Virus record (IMG/VR): IMGVR_UViG_3300032088_000004
Location: 1 to 63,841 of that record
Strand: one strand, 5' to 3'
Length of the DNA: 63,841 bases
Origin: a virus
Taxonomy: Duplodnaviria > Caudoviricetes
Shown: piece after piece, positions 6,928 through 15,945 of the stretch
Position numbering within the stretch: position 1 is the stretch's first letter
Layout of the letters: each line of letters starts with the position of its first letter
Notes under the pieces: model-generated
Told to the model about the DNA's origin: nothing
Databases searched by the model: none
What the model saw: the letters and a program-made list of their open reading frames with translations, nothing else
Made by a program: the position numbers and the translations under genes

Positions 6928-7146
6928 TTATATCTTTTTATCAACGATTGTCAGTACTCCATGATTGTATGAGTTTTTCTCGTAGCAGTGCCAGCCATAT
7001 TGTTCAACCACTTCCCTAACAATCTCTTTCATTTCTTCGGAGTTGCCAGTTATGATTTCACAAGGCAAATCTACGAAGTTAAGAAACCTCCTAACTTCCT
7101 CGTCTATCAGTTTGTGTCTTTTTCCGTGTAAATCGAGCGTCATCAT
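6928..7146 (-). CDS. Stand-alone Smr-domain protein
   Basis: LDLHG...IITG...N.G motifs of the Smr (MutS2 C-terminal) domain. Confidence 0.8.
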   Translation of the reverse strand: MMTLDLHGKRHKLIDEEVRRFLNFVDLPCEIITGNSEEMKEIVREVVEQYGWHCYEKNSYNHGVLTIVDKKI

Positions 7147-7414
7147 GTTTGATCTCTATCTTAAACAGCCAATTGGATGAGACATATCCGAGGTTGTCAT
7201 TTATTTTGTTTTCCTTCGAGACCTTCTGTTTGAAGAAGCCCTCGTGTTTGGTTCCTGGTTGAATTTGGACCAGTGCTTTTTCATTGTGTAGTGAATTGTT
7301 GTTTTCATCGTTTTTAAAATCTAGAATTACGCCTATCCACTCTTTTCCATAGAGGACGTGAGTAACTAAATCACCGATGGTCAAGCCCCTGCTTCTCGAT
7401 ATATCCGAATCCAT
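7091..7414 (-). CDS. Hypothetical protein, KOW/SH3-like
   Basis: LTIGDLVTH...WIGVIL pattern. Confidence 0.7.
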   Translation of the reverse strand: MDSDISRSRGLTIGDLVTHVLYGKEWIGVILDFKNDENNNSLHNEKALVQIQPGTKHEGFFKQKVSKENKINDNLGYVSSNWLFKIEIKHDDARFTRKKTQTDRRGS

Positions 7415-7546
7415 AATATTGAACCGCTCCTAATATAATTAAGGAGAGAATCCACAATATCACGATAAAACGAATATTACTGTTAACAATTTCTAAAAAT
7501 GAATAAAGCTGCTGTCGCGAGCGCTGCAGCAATCGCCAGAGGCCAA

Positions 7547-8158
7547 TCAATGTTTGTTCTTTTTCTCATAAGCGTTTGCCTCGGTGAGTTTCGAAAGTTG
7601 AAATCTACACTTCTCTGCTATATCCCCCCGGTTTCGAGACTGGGCGTCTTCAATTATCAAATTCAATTTTCTAAATGTTGAGTCGCAATTGATATAAAAC
7701 TCAAACGCGTCGAGCGTAGCGGCGAACGAAGAATAAAGTATCGAACGAGACGTGTAACTAAACTCTGATACTCCTCTACCTGACACTTCAACCATGAGAG
7801 TCACTTCTGTTTTCGCGTCCGAACCTATAGCGCTTCGAGAGTTTTTAAAATTTGGCTTCACCTGATAGTCTACTAATCTTAGGTTGTTCAAACTAGCGTG
7901 CTCTGCAACGTATTGTTCACAACACGCTTTAAACATTCCGTCTACAAAACCTTTTGCTTGCTCTGACTTAATCTCTTTACATCTTTTAAGTCCGCCGATG
8001 TGCTCTTCTATGACCATTTCAACCACAGTAAAGTCACTGTTCCAAAACTCTTTTACGGAGATGTCGTATGGTGCTAGTTTCAGTTCTTGACCTCTCAAGA
8101 CTTCGACAAATAGTTCCTTTACGGATTCTCTTCTGAACTCTTGCGGAGTTTTCCTCAT
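7547..8158 (-). CDS. Stand-alone LeuA-type allosteric (regulatory) domain protein
   Basis: GFVDGMF, LRLVDYQV, GSDAKTEVTL, SILYSSFAATLDA resemble the isopropylmalate synthase C-terminal regulatory domain. Confidence 0.6.
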   Translation of the reverse strand: MRKTPQEFRRESVKELFVEVLRGQELKLAPYDISVKEFWNSDFTVVEMVIEEHIGGLKRCKEIKSEQAKGFVDGMFKACCEQYVAEHASLNNLRLVDYQVKPNFKNSRSAIGSDAKTEVTLMVEVSGRGVSEFSYTSRSILYSSFAATLDAFEFYINCDSTFRKLNLIIEDAQSRNRGDIAEKCRFQLSKLTEANAYEKKNKH

Positions 8159-10030
8159 TTACTCTAACCTTGTCAATCCTGTGGATAGTTTAAATAGCGA
8201 ATGAACATTCACGAGCCTCTTTATATCTCGAACTATCCTCGCCTTTACGTTTTCGGGAGTATTCATATCCCCTGGTGTTGATGGTATAAATTTAATGGCT
8301 AAGCCAGCAATGTACCTGCCCTCAGCCACTTTTTGATTTCTAACTGCAACCGTCACGATTGTTACGTTTGGCAGGGCGCGCATGTCTGCCAATATATCGT
8401 CGAGGCCTCTCGTTCTTTCACCTTCAGCTGTCAAATTGTAAGCAATCATACAATAGAACTTATAAATACCTCTCTGTCTTGAGCGGCCTTTTTCTTCTCC
8501 GAGGAGTTGTGATTCTAAGCCTTGGTAGAATTTATTCTCAAGCAAATCATCGTCTTCATCTTCGTCTCTGTTTCTATCTACGCCGGCTTCAGCGTCCAGC
8601 ATTGCTGCCATAAGCTCTTGCATCTGGGTGCCTCTGTTCTCTATTGCTTTGCAGTCTTCTGCACAAAAGGCCTCGAAGCCTTCTGCATCGTCTCCGTGGT
8701 AAGAATCGTACCCGTCGAATCTAAGCTCCAATTTCGCATAGTTGTCTTCAGCATAGCAGTTTACCTCTCCGGACATGTCAGACCATGGTGGGCCCATTTT
8801 TTGCAAATTCTCTGAAAATTTAGACTCGAAGTCTCTCCAGAAACGATAGTCTTTGTTCAGTAACACGTTACCTGTGTCATCCTCGTACTCCGGCTGGTCT
8901 AAATCCCAGAGTACCTCCAGGTTCGCATAGAACATAACAGAAGGCGGTTCGCCTGGTTCTCGGTTTCCCATTTCCCAGTGTGGACTAACAAACTCGTATT
9001 CTTCATCGGCCATGCGCTCTGCTTCTTGGCAGCGTCTCTCTGTCGCCTGCTCAGGATCTGCTGGTGGATTGTGTTGTATCCATTCTTTTGATTCCCTCAG
9101 AATTTCTTCTACTATCGAGAAGGCCTTTGATTCTAATCCTGCATCTGTCATTGGCTTCGGCTCTTCTCTAAAATTCGCTATAGCATCGGCAGATGCCTTT
9201 TCTTGCAAGCCCTTGAGGTGTCTCTCTACGATTTCGTAAATATCATCCGGATCCTGCGACTTGTTTGGACCATCCCATATCATTGTTAGATCACCGTCCT
9301 GATCAAACTCTAAAGTAATCAAGTGGTCTTTGTCGCCTTCTGGGATCCCTGAAAAATAAGCCATAACAAATGCCTTACCTTCTTGTTCGGTGTATCTGTT
9401 AAAATAGTTTAGTTTAGATTTCGTCGAGATGCACCAATTTGTTAGTCGAGGGTTTTGGCCGTAGTAGCACGAAGATTGTGTTGTGAGTGGACGCACAGCA
9501 AAAATGCCGTTTTCATTGTAAACTAGTTCTGAGTCTTTTTTGGCCAATTCTTTATCTTTTAGGTGCCTCTTTCTTTCTCCGGCGGACTGCGGCAAGGCTT
9601 GCAATTTTTGAGTGAGGGTATCAAAAGTATACTTGTTTATGTCTTTCTCATCGATTCTCTGCTGGTTTCTGTGGAAGTCCGTAACTAAACCCATCACTTG
9701 ATCAAAGAAGGTCTGCGCAGTGTATCCATCTTTCATAACATGCTTGCCTTCTGAGTTTTTGATTGTAAATTTTTGATAAAATTCTTCCATGCACTTGCAG
9801 GCAAACATTATGTATTTTGACATGCCCTGAGGTCCGAATTGACTTTTCAGTTGTGTCGCGAGGATATCCACCACTCCGAACTCGTTTGTTATTTCAAACT
9901 TTCCCTTGGCTAGTTTCTTTTTGCTTTCTGCTAACAAGTTAGCTAGCCTATAGCCTTCCTCCATCAGGAGGACGTTCCTAGATTTGATTGGTGTGCGAAC
10001 ATAGTTTCGCCATGTGTTGTTGAAGTTCAT
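8159..10030 (-). CDS. Large hypothetical phage protein, possibly virion-internal
   Basis: 623-aa ORF; WCIST...YFNRY segment; LxE motifs; late-type motif upstream. Confidence 0.8.
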   Translation of the reverse strand: MNFNNTWRNYVRTPIKSRNVLLMEEGYRLANLLAESKKKLAKGKFEITNEFGVVDILATQLKSQFGPQGMSKYIMFACKCMEEFYQKFTIKNSEGKHVMKDGYTAQTFFDQVMGLVTDFHRNQQRIDEKDINKYTFDTLTQKLQALPQSAGERKRHLKDKELAKKDSELVYNENGIFAVRPLTTQSSCYYGQNPRLTNWCISTKSKLNYFNRYTEQEGKAFVMAYFSGIPEGDKDHLITLEFDQDGDLTMIWDGPNKSQDPDDIYEIVERHLKGLQEKASADAIANFREEPKPMTDAGLESKAFSIVEEILRESKEWIQHNPPADPEQATERRCQEAERMADEEYEFVSPHWEMGNREPGEPPSVMFYANLEVLWDLDQPEYEDDTGNVLLNKDYRFWRDFESKFSENLQKMGPPWSDMSGEVNCYAEDNYAKLELRFDGYDSYHGDDAEGFEAFCAEDCKAIENRGTQMQELMAAMLDAEAGVDRNRDEDEDDDLLENKFYQGLESQLLGEEKGRSRQRGIYKFYCMIAYNLTAEGERTRGLDDILADMRALPNVTIVTVAVRNQKVAEGRYIAGLAIKFIPSTPGDMNTPENVKARIVRDIKRLVNVHSLFKLSTGLTRLE

Positions 10031-10064
10031 AGTGATATTGAGACCTTTTTACTATAAATAGTAT

Positions 10065-10415
10065 TTACCAAAACAATTGGATTAGGATTATAAGAATAGC
10101 AAGGCTAAAACAAATCATAGTTTTCGGAGTAAACATCGATTCACCCAACAAGGACCAGGTCAGTAGCGGAAAAACAAGGAACCCAGTTCCTGATCCTATA
10201 AATCGAGCCGACCAAGCAGAGTCAGTGTGGCTCGCGACGATACGCCAAGCATACCAAAACAATATGCTCGTGGGTACTCCGAAGATGATAGCTGAAACAA
10301 TAGGTTTGTTTTCCCACCACTTCCAGATAAACTGAGAGTTCAGTTGAAACCATCCTCCCACCTGGCCTAGCATAAAAATAAACGAACCTAGTAGTATAGC
10401 TGCTGTGCCGCTCAT
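10065..10415 (-). CDS. Four-helix membrane protein (SMR/DMT-like size and topology)
   Basis: Four hydrophobic segments in 116 aa. Confidence 0.7.
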   Translation of the reverse strand: MSGTAAILLGSFIFMLGQVGGWFQLNSQFIWKWWENKPIVSAIIFGVPTSILFWYAWRIVASHTDSAWSARFIGSGTGFLVFPLLTWSLLGESMFTPKTMICFSLAILIILIQLFW

Positions 10416-10416
10416 G

Positions 10417-10758
10417 TTAGTGACTCCAGATGCCGGTGTTTATAATTGGTATTCTCTGCGAGGTCTCCAGCGCCTTCGCCATACTCAATAACTCTTCAAA
10501 TTCTCTTCTCGGTAGGTGCAATTCTGTAGCTGAATGTTCCCTTGCTTGTTCCAGGTATTCTTCCAAGAGGGTCTTGAGGGTGGTGGCACAGCTGGTAATT
10601 TCTAACAAGGCAGCCTTGTCAACTTCTGATATCAGGATTCTCTTCATGACGACATCCTCAAGTAGTGCATTGAAGCGATAATAAGTAGGGAGTACAGCGT
10701 CGTAAACAACCTTTATGACGCTTGTCTTAACCGGAGTCATACCTTTCACGGCAAGCAC
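10417..10758 (-). CDS. Hypothetical protein
   Basis: 113-aa ORF; true start may be MTPVK at 10740. Confidence 0.65.
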   Translation of the reverse strand: MLAVKGMTPVKTSVIKVVYDAVLPTYYRFNALLEDVVMKRILISEVDKAALLEITSCATTLKTLLEEYLEQAREHSATELHLPRREFEELLSMAKALETSQRIPIINTGIWSH

Positions 10759-10991
10759 TCTAAAAGGTCTGTGTAGCCTCCTATTTTCTTCGTCGCGCCG
10801 GTCTTTGTGTCGTTGGACAATATGATTGGAACTGTGTTATGTTTGTAAAACTCTTTGCACTCGTCCAATATTGAGGGGTTAGATGAGTAATCTAGAAATA
10901 TATACTCTGCATCGTTAGCTTTGCAGAAATCTATGGCATATACACAGAAAGGACAGTTGGCGCGCCCATAGATAATAAACCTTTTATCCAT
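10746..10991 (-). CDS. Glutaredoxin
   Basis: IYGRANCPFC, TVPII, IGGYTDL; start moved to MDKRF. Confidence 0.92.
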   Translation of the reverse strand: MDKRFIIYGRANCPFCVYAIDFCKANDAEYIFLDYSSNPSILDECKEFYKHNTVPIILSNDTKTGATKKIGGYTDLLECLP

Positions 10992-11268
10992 TGAGGATTC
11001 CTTTTTTCGATGAGTTAAAACTAGAATGTAATTCGGCCGCGGTACCAAGCGCGATGATTTCAGATACTGTGTGGCCCTCGCTTACCTTAACCAGTGAAAA
11101 GCTTCTATCTAAATATTTATCGGCGCCTTCGCGGAGCAAGAAATCGTGGGCTCCGGAGTAATCAACTATCGAAATTACGTTGTTCAAGTTAACATAAATT
11201 TTGGCGAGCGATATGCTGCGTTTATATCCCTCGTTCATTATCTTCAATTTTTTTAATTCTACCAACAT
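10984..11268 (-). CDS. Hypothetical protein
   Basis: 94-aa ORF in the operon. Confidence 0.7.
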   Translation of the reverse strand: MLVELKKLKIMNEGYKRSISLAKIYVNLNNVISIVDYSGAHDFLLREGADKYLDRSFSLVKVSEGHTVSEIIALGTAAELHSSFNSSKKGILNG

Positions 11269-11271
11269 CTA

Positions 11272-11544
11272 TTAGCCTATGCCTTTTAATATGAAAGCAC
11301 CTATGAGTCCCACAACGCTTGTAAACAGAGTCCATATCATTTTAGAGCTAGTTGACTTCCAGGACTCCAACTCTCTCAATCGTGCATACAATCCGTTGTC
11401 CGGATTGTATACCGCCTCTTTTATTTTAGTTACGTCTTCTGACATCTCTTCTTGCTTCATCTGCATAACGTCGATACCGTTACACACTTTGTCCAATTTA
11501 CTAGTTAAATCTAATATATCTTTTTGTTCTACCATAGCGTTCAC
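11272..11544 (-). CDS. Coiled-coil protein with C-terminal transmembrane helix (XhlA/holin-like architecture)
   Basis: Amphipathic N-terminus, RLRELESWK, then a hydrophobic C-terminus. Confidence 0.65.
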   Translation of the reverse strand: MNAMVEQKDILDLTSKLDKVCNGIDVMQMKQEEMSEDVTKIKEAVYNPDNGLYARLRELESWKSTSSKMIWTLFTSVVGLIGAFILKGIG

Positions 11545-11565
11545 CTCCGCACTAATAAGTAGTCG

Positions 11566-13134
11566 CTACTGTTGCACAATGCTGTGATTAGTCAGCAAAA
11601 GAGTTGCTGCAACGGATACTGCGTTCTTGAGAGCGCATCGAGTGACTTTGGCCGGGTCGATGATGCCAGAAGTTAGAAGGTTCACTCTTTCTCCCGTGGA
11701 AAAATTAACTCCTTCGAAATCTTTCGCATCAGATATCGTCCACATTGTGACATCCGCGGACATGCCGGCATTCTTGGCCATGATGCGAAAGGGGGCCTCT
11801 AGCGCGCTTCGAAATATAGACAAAGCAACAGATTGCTCCTCTGTCGCGAAGTTGGGTGCGATGGACTTTGAGGCGCGCAACAGAGTCATGCCTCCGCCGG
11901 GAACTATCCCTTCCTGCTGAGCCGACCGGACGGCTTCCAATGCGTCTTCAATGCGGTGCTTTTTCTCAATCATCTCTACTTCAGAAGATGCGCCGACGCG
12001 GATGATAGCAACACCAGAAGACAGGCGAGTAACACGATCCTGGAGTCGTCCTGCTTCATGAAGGTCTTCAGTCTGCTGAATTTCGGCTTTGATTTTTGCA
12101 ATAGTTTCTTCAACTTTATTATAATCTCCTTCACCGTCAACGACCGTAGTCACATTCTTGGTGATTTCTACACTACTAGCTTTGCCGAAGTCGACCAGAG
12201 ATACTTCTGTCAGCTTGTGGCCCATGGACTGTTGAAAGAACTTGGCACCAGTGGTGATTGCAAGGTCACTCATGATGGCGCGACGTTCTTCTCCATACCG
12301 CGGTGCTTTGATGGCTGCGACCTTCATCGAACCGCGCATAGTATTCATAATTAGTGCAGCTAAAGCCTGACCTTCTATATCTTCCGCTACGATAATGAAT
12401 GGTCGTCCTTCTCGGGCGGCAATCTCAAGAGAAGGTAAAATATCGTTGACCTGGTCTATTTTTGAGTCAGTAATCAAGAACATTGGTGTCTCATAGCGGC
12501 ACACTCCCCGTCTCTCGTCCGTTACGAAGGCTGTTGCTGCATACCCACTATCAAAACGAAAACCCTCTACAAGGTCTAAACTCGTCTCGTGAGAGCGCGC
12601 CTCTTCGATGGTGATGGAACCGTTCTTGCCTACTTTATCGGCTGCTGTTGCGACAAGATTTCCTATGATTTCATCGTTGTTGGCAGAGATTGTTGCAATA
12701 TGCTTTACATCTTCGGTTGACGCGATTGGTTTTGCGATGTCTGATATGAACCCCATAGCCTGTTCAAGGCATTGCTCTAGTCCTCTCTTAATTTCAATGG
12801 GAGATGTACCTGAAGCAATGTGCTTGTTTGCTTGGTTTAGGATTTCTCTTGCCAGAACTGTAGATGTTGTGGTACCATCGCCTGCTTCTGCATTAGTCAT
12901 TGCTGATACTTGCTTTACTACTTCTGCTCCCGCGTTCATGTGCGGGTCCTCAAAGTTGACGTGCTGTGCTACGGTCACTCCGTCCTTTGTGACAAAGGGT
13001 CGTCTATCCTTTTGATGGATAAGAACATTCTGTCCTTTGGGTCCGAGTGTTGTTGCTACGTAATCCGCTAGAGTGTTTACGCCTTCAAGAACTTTATTGC
13101 GGAGTTCAGTTCCGTGGCTGAGTTGTGTGGTCAT
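11566..13134 (-). CDS. groL: Chaperonin GroEL
   Basis: TLGPKG, VTKDGVTVA, GDGTTT, IEDAL.A, GIVPGGG, GIIDPAKV. Confidence 0.98.
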   Translation of the reverse strand: MTTQLSHGTELRNKVLEGVNTLADYVATTLGPKGQNVLIHQKDRRPFVTKDGVTVAQHVNFEDPHMNAGAEVVKQVSAMTNAEAGDGTTTSTVLAREILNQANKHIASGTSPIEIKRGLEQCLEQAMGFISDIAKPIASTEDVKHIATISANNDEIIGNLVATAADKVGKNGSITIEEARSHETSLDLVEGFRFDSGYAATAFVTDERRGVCRYETPMFLITDSKIDQVNDILPSLEIAAREGRPFIIVAEDIEGQALAALIMNTMRGSMKVAAIKAPRYGEERRAIMSDLAITTGAKFFQQSMGHKLTEVSLVDFGKASSVEITKNVTTVVDGEGDYNKVEETIAKIKAEIQQTEDLHEAGRLQDRVTRLSSGVAIIRVGASSEVEMIEKKHRIEDALEAVRSAQQEGIVPGGGMTLLRASKSIAPNFATEEQSVALSIFRSALEAPFRIMAKNAGMSADVTMWTISDAKDFEGVNFSTGERVNLLTSGIIDPAKVTRCALKNAVSVAATLLLTNHSIVQQ

Positions 13135-13164
13135 TTTGACTCGCTTTCATGTTTGTATGTATAT

Positions 13165-13193
13165 ACTATAATGCATTTCGGCTGAAATGTCAA
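13165..13193 (-). promoter_or_regulatory. Sigma70-type promoter of groEL
   Basis: TTGACA, 17 bp, TATAGT. Confidence 0.75.
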
Positions 13194-13198
13194 GGGGT

Positions 13199-15067
13199 TT
13201 ATTTATCTTTTGTTGATTGAAGTTCTTCTGTCTTTGAGATAACATTTCCAGAAGCCTTAATTGCCTCTTCTGCTTGTTCGTCTTTCTGCATTCCGCCGGC
13301 GATATAAGCATAGGTGTTGTCTTGTATTGCTTTTACGTTCACAAAAATTTCAAACAGAGACTCATTAAGGATTCCTGTAACTCTGTTCAGCATTTTCTGT
13401 GTATTCTTGCGGCCGACGTTTATTGCGCCAAAGAATGCTTTTTCTTGGTTAGGGCCAAGAACTCGGCTTTTACTATAAGTATGTATCTCCGCTACCATGT
13501 TCTGGGTTAAACCAAATTGCTCTGTCGAGAGAAAGCCGCGGGTTTGCACTAAGGCTGCCAACTTTTGTTCTCTGCTCATATCATTGTATAGTTCTGCAGA
13601 CTTCTCCGGTGTGTACCAGTTCCTCTTCTGGCTTAGAATTTTATTACGTTTCATGGTCTCTTTCGTGGCAGAATATTGCTTTATTATACTAAGCTTGTCA
13701 GCGGCTCCGCCGCCGTTGTTGGCAGCTTTGGCGCGCCTTGCGATGTTAATGGCAAGACCGTTTCGTAGGTTAGTGATAGTCCTATCCTCCAGGTTGTACC
13801 TAGGTTCAGATAGTGTGTCATTAACCTGAGCTAGAGTCCCCAGCACTACCTGAATCAGCGCTGCGAACGGCTCGCCTGAGCCGTACATTTTAGAAGTCCC
13901 CCTCTTAACATATGGCGTTCTTGGTTCATAATCAGGAGCAGCTTTTTGTTCATCTGATAATCCCGCATCAGGGTCGAATTGTACGAAAAATTTATCACTT
14001 AGCTGTGTGGCCCAACTTAGATTTTTAAGAAATTGTTGCGTAAATGCCTCATCAACTTGTAGTTCCTCTGGTAACTTCGCGTTCATAACGTCCATTTCCT
14101 TTTGAAAAGCCATGGCGTATTTGTTTTCCATCTCTTCTGCTGATGGTGCAGCGATGCCTGGTAGGTTGTCTATAAAAGCTTGGCCACCTTTCGGCAACTG
14201 AATGCACAACCTGGAGTGCTTTGAAGACCTAGAAAGTATGTCAAAAATGTTATCTAGAGTAAAGTCAAATCTATACCACTTCAAGAAACCATTGACGTCC
14301 TGCCCTTCTTTTTGGCCGCCTTCGAAGCGCTTAGTCACAGCAACATAACGCATAAGATCGTTATCAAACTTAGGGTTTGTTATGTCCCCAACGAGATCTC
14401 TGAAAGAGCCTCCAACGTGCAGGTTTCCGTCTTGATACAGTTTCAAACTTACGGGCATGGCGGTACCGTCACTTCTAGAAAGAAAGTCTGCAATAGTCCC
14501 AGTATTGGCTGGTATTTGCTCGCCTTCCATTAAGACAGCTAGGAACGCTTCGAAACTAAAGCCGGCAGAGGCAGCGTTAAAGTTCGCTATGACCTTCGTT
14601 AAGGTTTTATAGAAGACCAAGTAAGATAAAGCTACCGCTATCTGTTGCGCGGTTGAAGTACTTCCCCCTTCGCCGAACATCTCTTGCATTGCAGCATCAG
14701 GATTGTCATAGAAATTAGAAAGTGATTTAATCTTTTCTACAAAGTCTCCGCCTGGAATGTTCTCCAAGAACTGCAATAGCTTTTGTCTCTCAGGTCCATT
14801 CACTGGATTGTCGCCTCCGGCACCTGTGACGTCGGTCCAGCCCAATTCTGTGACTGCTATTTCAGGAATAGCATCCAAAGTTAGGGTCATAGACTTTCGT
14901 TCGTTGAGGAATTGCTCTTTAAGTAGAGCGATTGGGTCTTTGTTCGACTTAAACAGTCTACCCTTCTCTACTTCATAGACCTCTTCGATGAGGTTGAAAA
15001 GATCTCCCATTGTTGATAGTGTTTTCTTCTTATTGTTCTCTGATAAAAATTCTTTGTGCCAAGTCAT
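13199..15067 (-). CDS. Large hypothetical protein with a possible PD-(D/E)XK nuclease-like core
   Basis: GFSFEAFL...IADF...PVSLKL spacing resembles restriction-fold motifs. Confidence 0.7.
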   Translation of the reverse strand: MTWHKEFLSENNKKKTLSTMGDLFNLIEEVYEVEKGRLFKSNKDPIALLKEQFLNERKSMTLTLDAIPEIAVTELGWTDVTGAGGDNPVNGPERQKLLQFLENIPGGDFVEKIKSLSNFYDNPDAAMQEMFGEGGSTSTAQQIAVALSYLVFYKTLTKVIANFNAASAGFSFEAFLAVLMEGEQIPANTGTIADFLSRSDGTAMPVSLKLYQDGNLHVGGSFRDLVGDITNPKFDNDLMRYVAVTKRFEGGQKEGQDVNGFLKWYRFDFTLDNIFDILSRSSKHSRLCIQLPKGGQAFIDNLPGIAAPSAEEMENKYAMAFQKEMDVMNAKLPEELQVDEAFTQQFLKNLSWATQLSDKFFVQFDPDAGLSDEQKAAPDYEPRTPYVKRGTSKMYGSGEPFAALIQVVLGTLAQVNDTLSEPRYNLEDRTITNLRNGLAINIARRAKAANNGGGAADKLSIIKQYSATKETMKRNKILSQKRNWYTPEKSAELYNDMSREQKLAALVQTRGFLSTEQFGLTQNMVAEIHTYSKSRVLGPNQEKAFFGAINVGRKNTQKMLNRVTGILNESLFEIFVNVKAIQDNTYAYIAGGMQKDEQAEEAIKASGNVISKTEELQSTKDK

Positions 15068-15087
15068 GTTAAAGTTCCTCTATGTAA

Positions 15088-15789
15088 TTAGATAATTTCG
15101 TCTGCAATTCCCATTTTAATTGCTTCTTCTGCAGAGATGTAGATGTCTCTTTGGGACTTTAAAAGCTTCTTTATCTTGGATGGCGTCAACTTCGTGTAAT
15201 TTGCTAAGGTTTCAATGTAGCGATCTTGGACCCATCTGATTTCCTCAAGCTCATTCTCCATTGAGAAAATGGTGCCGCCTGTTCCTGCCATTACATTGTG
15301 AAGCATGATGCGACAATTGCGGCCAACTTTTCTTCTTCCAGGTGTGCCGGCAGCGAGAATGGGTACTCCCGCAGACATTACCTTTCCGATGCCGAAGGTT
15401 TCCACATCACAGGTTCTCCTTTTAATCATCTCCATTATATCCAAAATAGAAAACATATCAGAAGCAACTCCACCATGAGTTGAAATCATCATAGATATAG
15501 ACCTAGCAACAATTCTGTCTGGGCTCTTCGGGTCAAGAGGGTCTTCTGGTACCATTGTCAGCGAATTGTTTTCGAGGTACAACAGGGCCGCAATTACGTC
15601 GGCGCCTTTTCTTTCGGTAATATCACCATAAAGGTTAATAGTTCTAAGCTCTGGTTCAGGATTTTGCGGAAGTTGAATGTTATTTACTATCACCACCTGC
15701 TTGTCCTCTTGAGGTGACTCTGGCTTTTCCTTTTGCTCCCTCTTCTGCTCTTTCTTTTTCTTCGGTTGGGATGTTATTCTTTCAATCAA
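15088..15789 (-). CDS. clpP: ClpP-family protease
   Basis: INLYGDI, ISTHGG, VMSAG (Ser), IMLHN (His), RDIYISAEEAIKMGIAD (Asp). Confidence 0.93.
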   Translation of the reverse strand: MIERITSQPKKKKEQKREQKEKPESPQEDKQVVIVNNIQLPQNPEPELRTINLYGDITERKGADVIAALLYLENNSLTMVPEDPLDPKSPDRIVARSISMMISTHGGVASDMFSILDIMEMIKRRTCDVETFGIGKVMSAGVPILAAGTPGRRKVGRNCRIMLHNVMAGTGGTIFSMENELEEIRWVQDRYIETLANYTKLTPSKIKKLLKSQRDIYISAEEAIKMGIADEII

Positions 15790-15848
15790 TTTATATTTTC
15801 CTTTTCGTTAAAAAACTTTTTGTTAGACTGTATCTCACTTACATAGCA

Positions 15849-15877
15849 AGTATACTCTACTTCTAAGAAATTGTCAA
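15849..15877 (-). promoter_or_regulatory. Sigma70-type promoter of clpP
   Basis: TTGACA, 17 bp, TATACT. Confidence 0.78.
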
Positions 15878-15883
15878 CACAAT

Positions 15884-15917
15884 AAAAAACCCCAACCTTT
15901 ACTTAGGATGGGGTTTT
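15884..15917 (-). terminator. Rho-independent terminator
   Basis: AAAACCCCA...TGGGGTTTT stem followed by a U-tract on the minus strand. Confidence 0.7.
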
Positions 15918-15945
15918 ATGAGCAATAACATTCGTATTATAGTTG

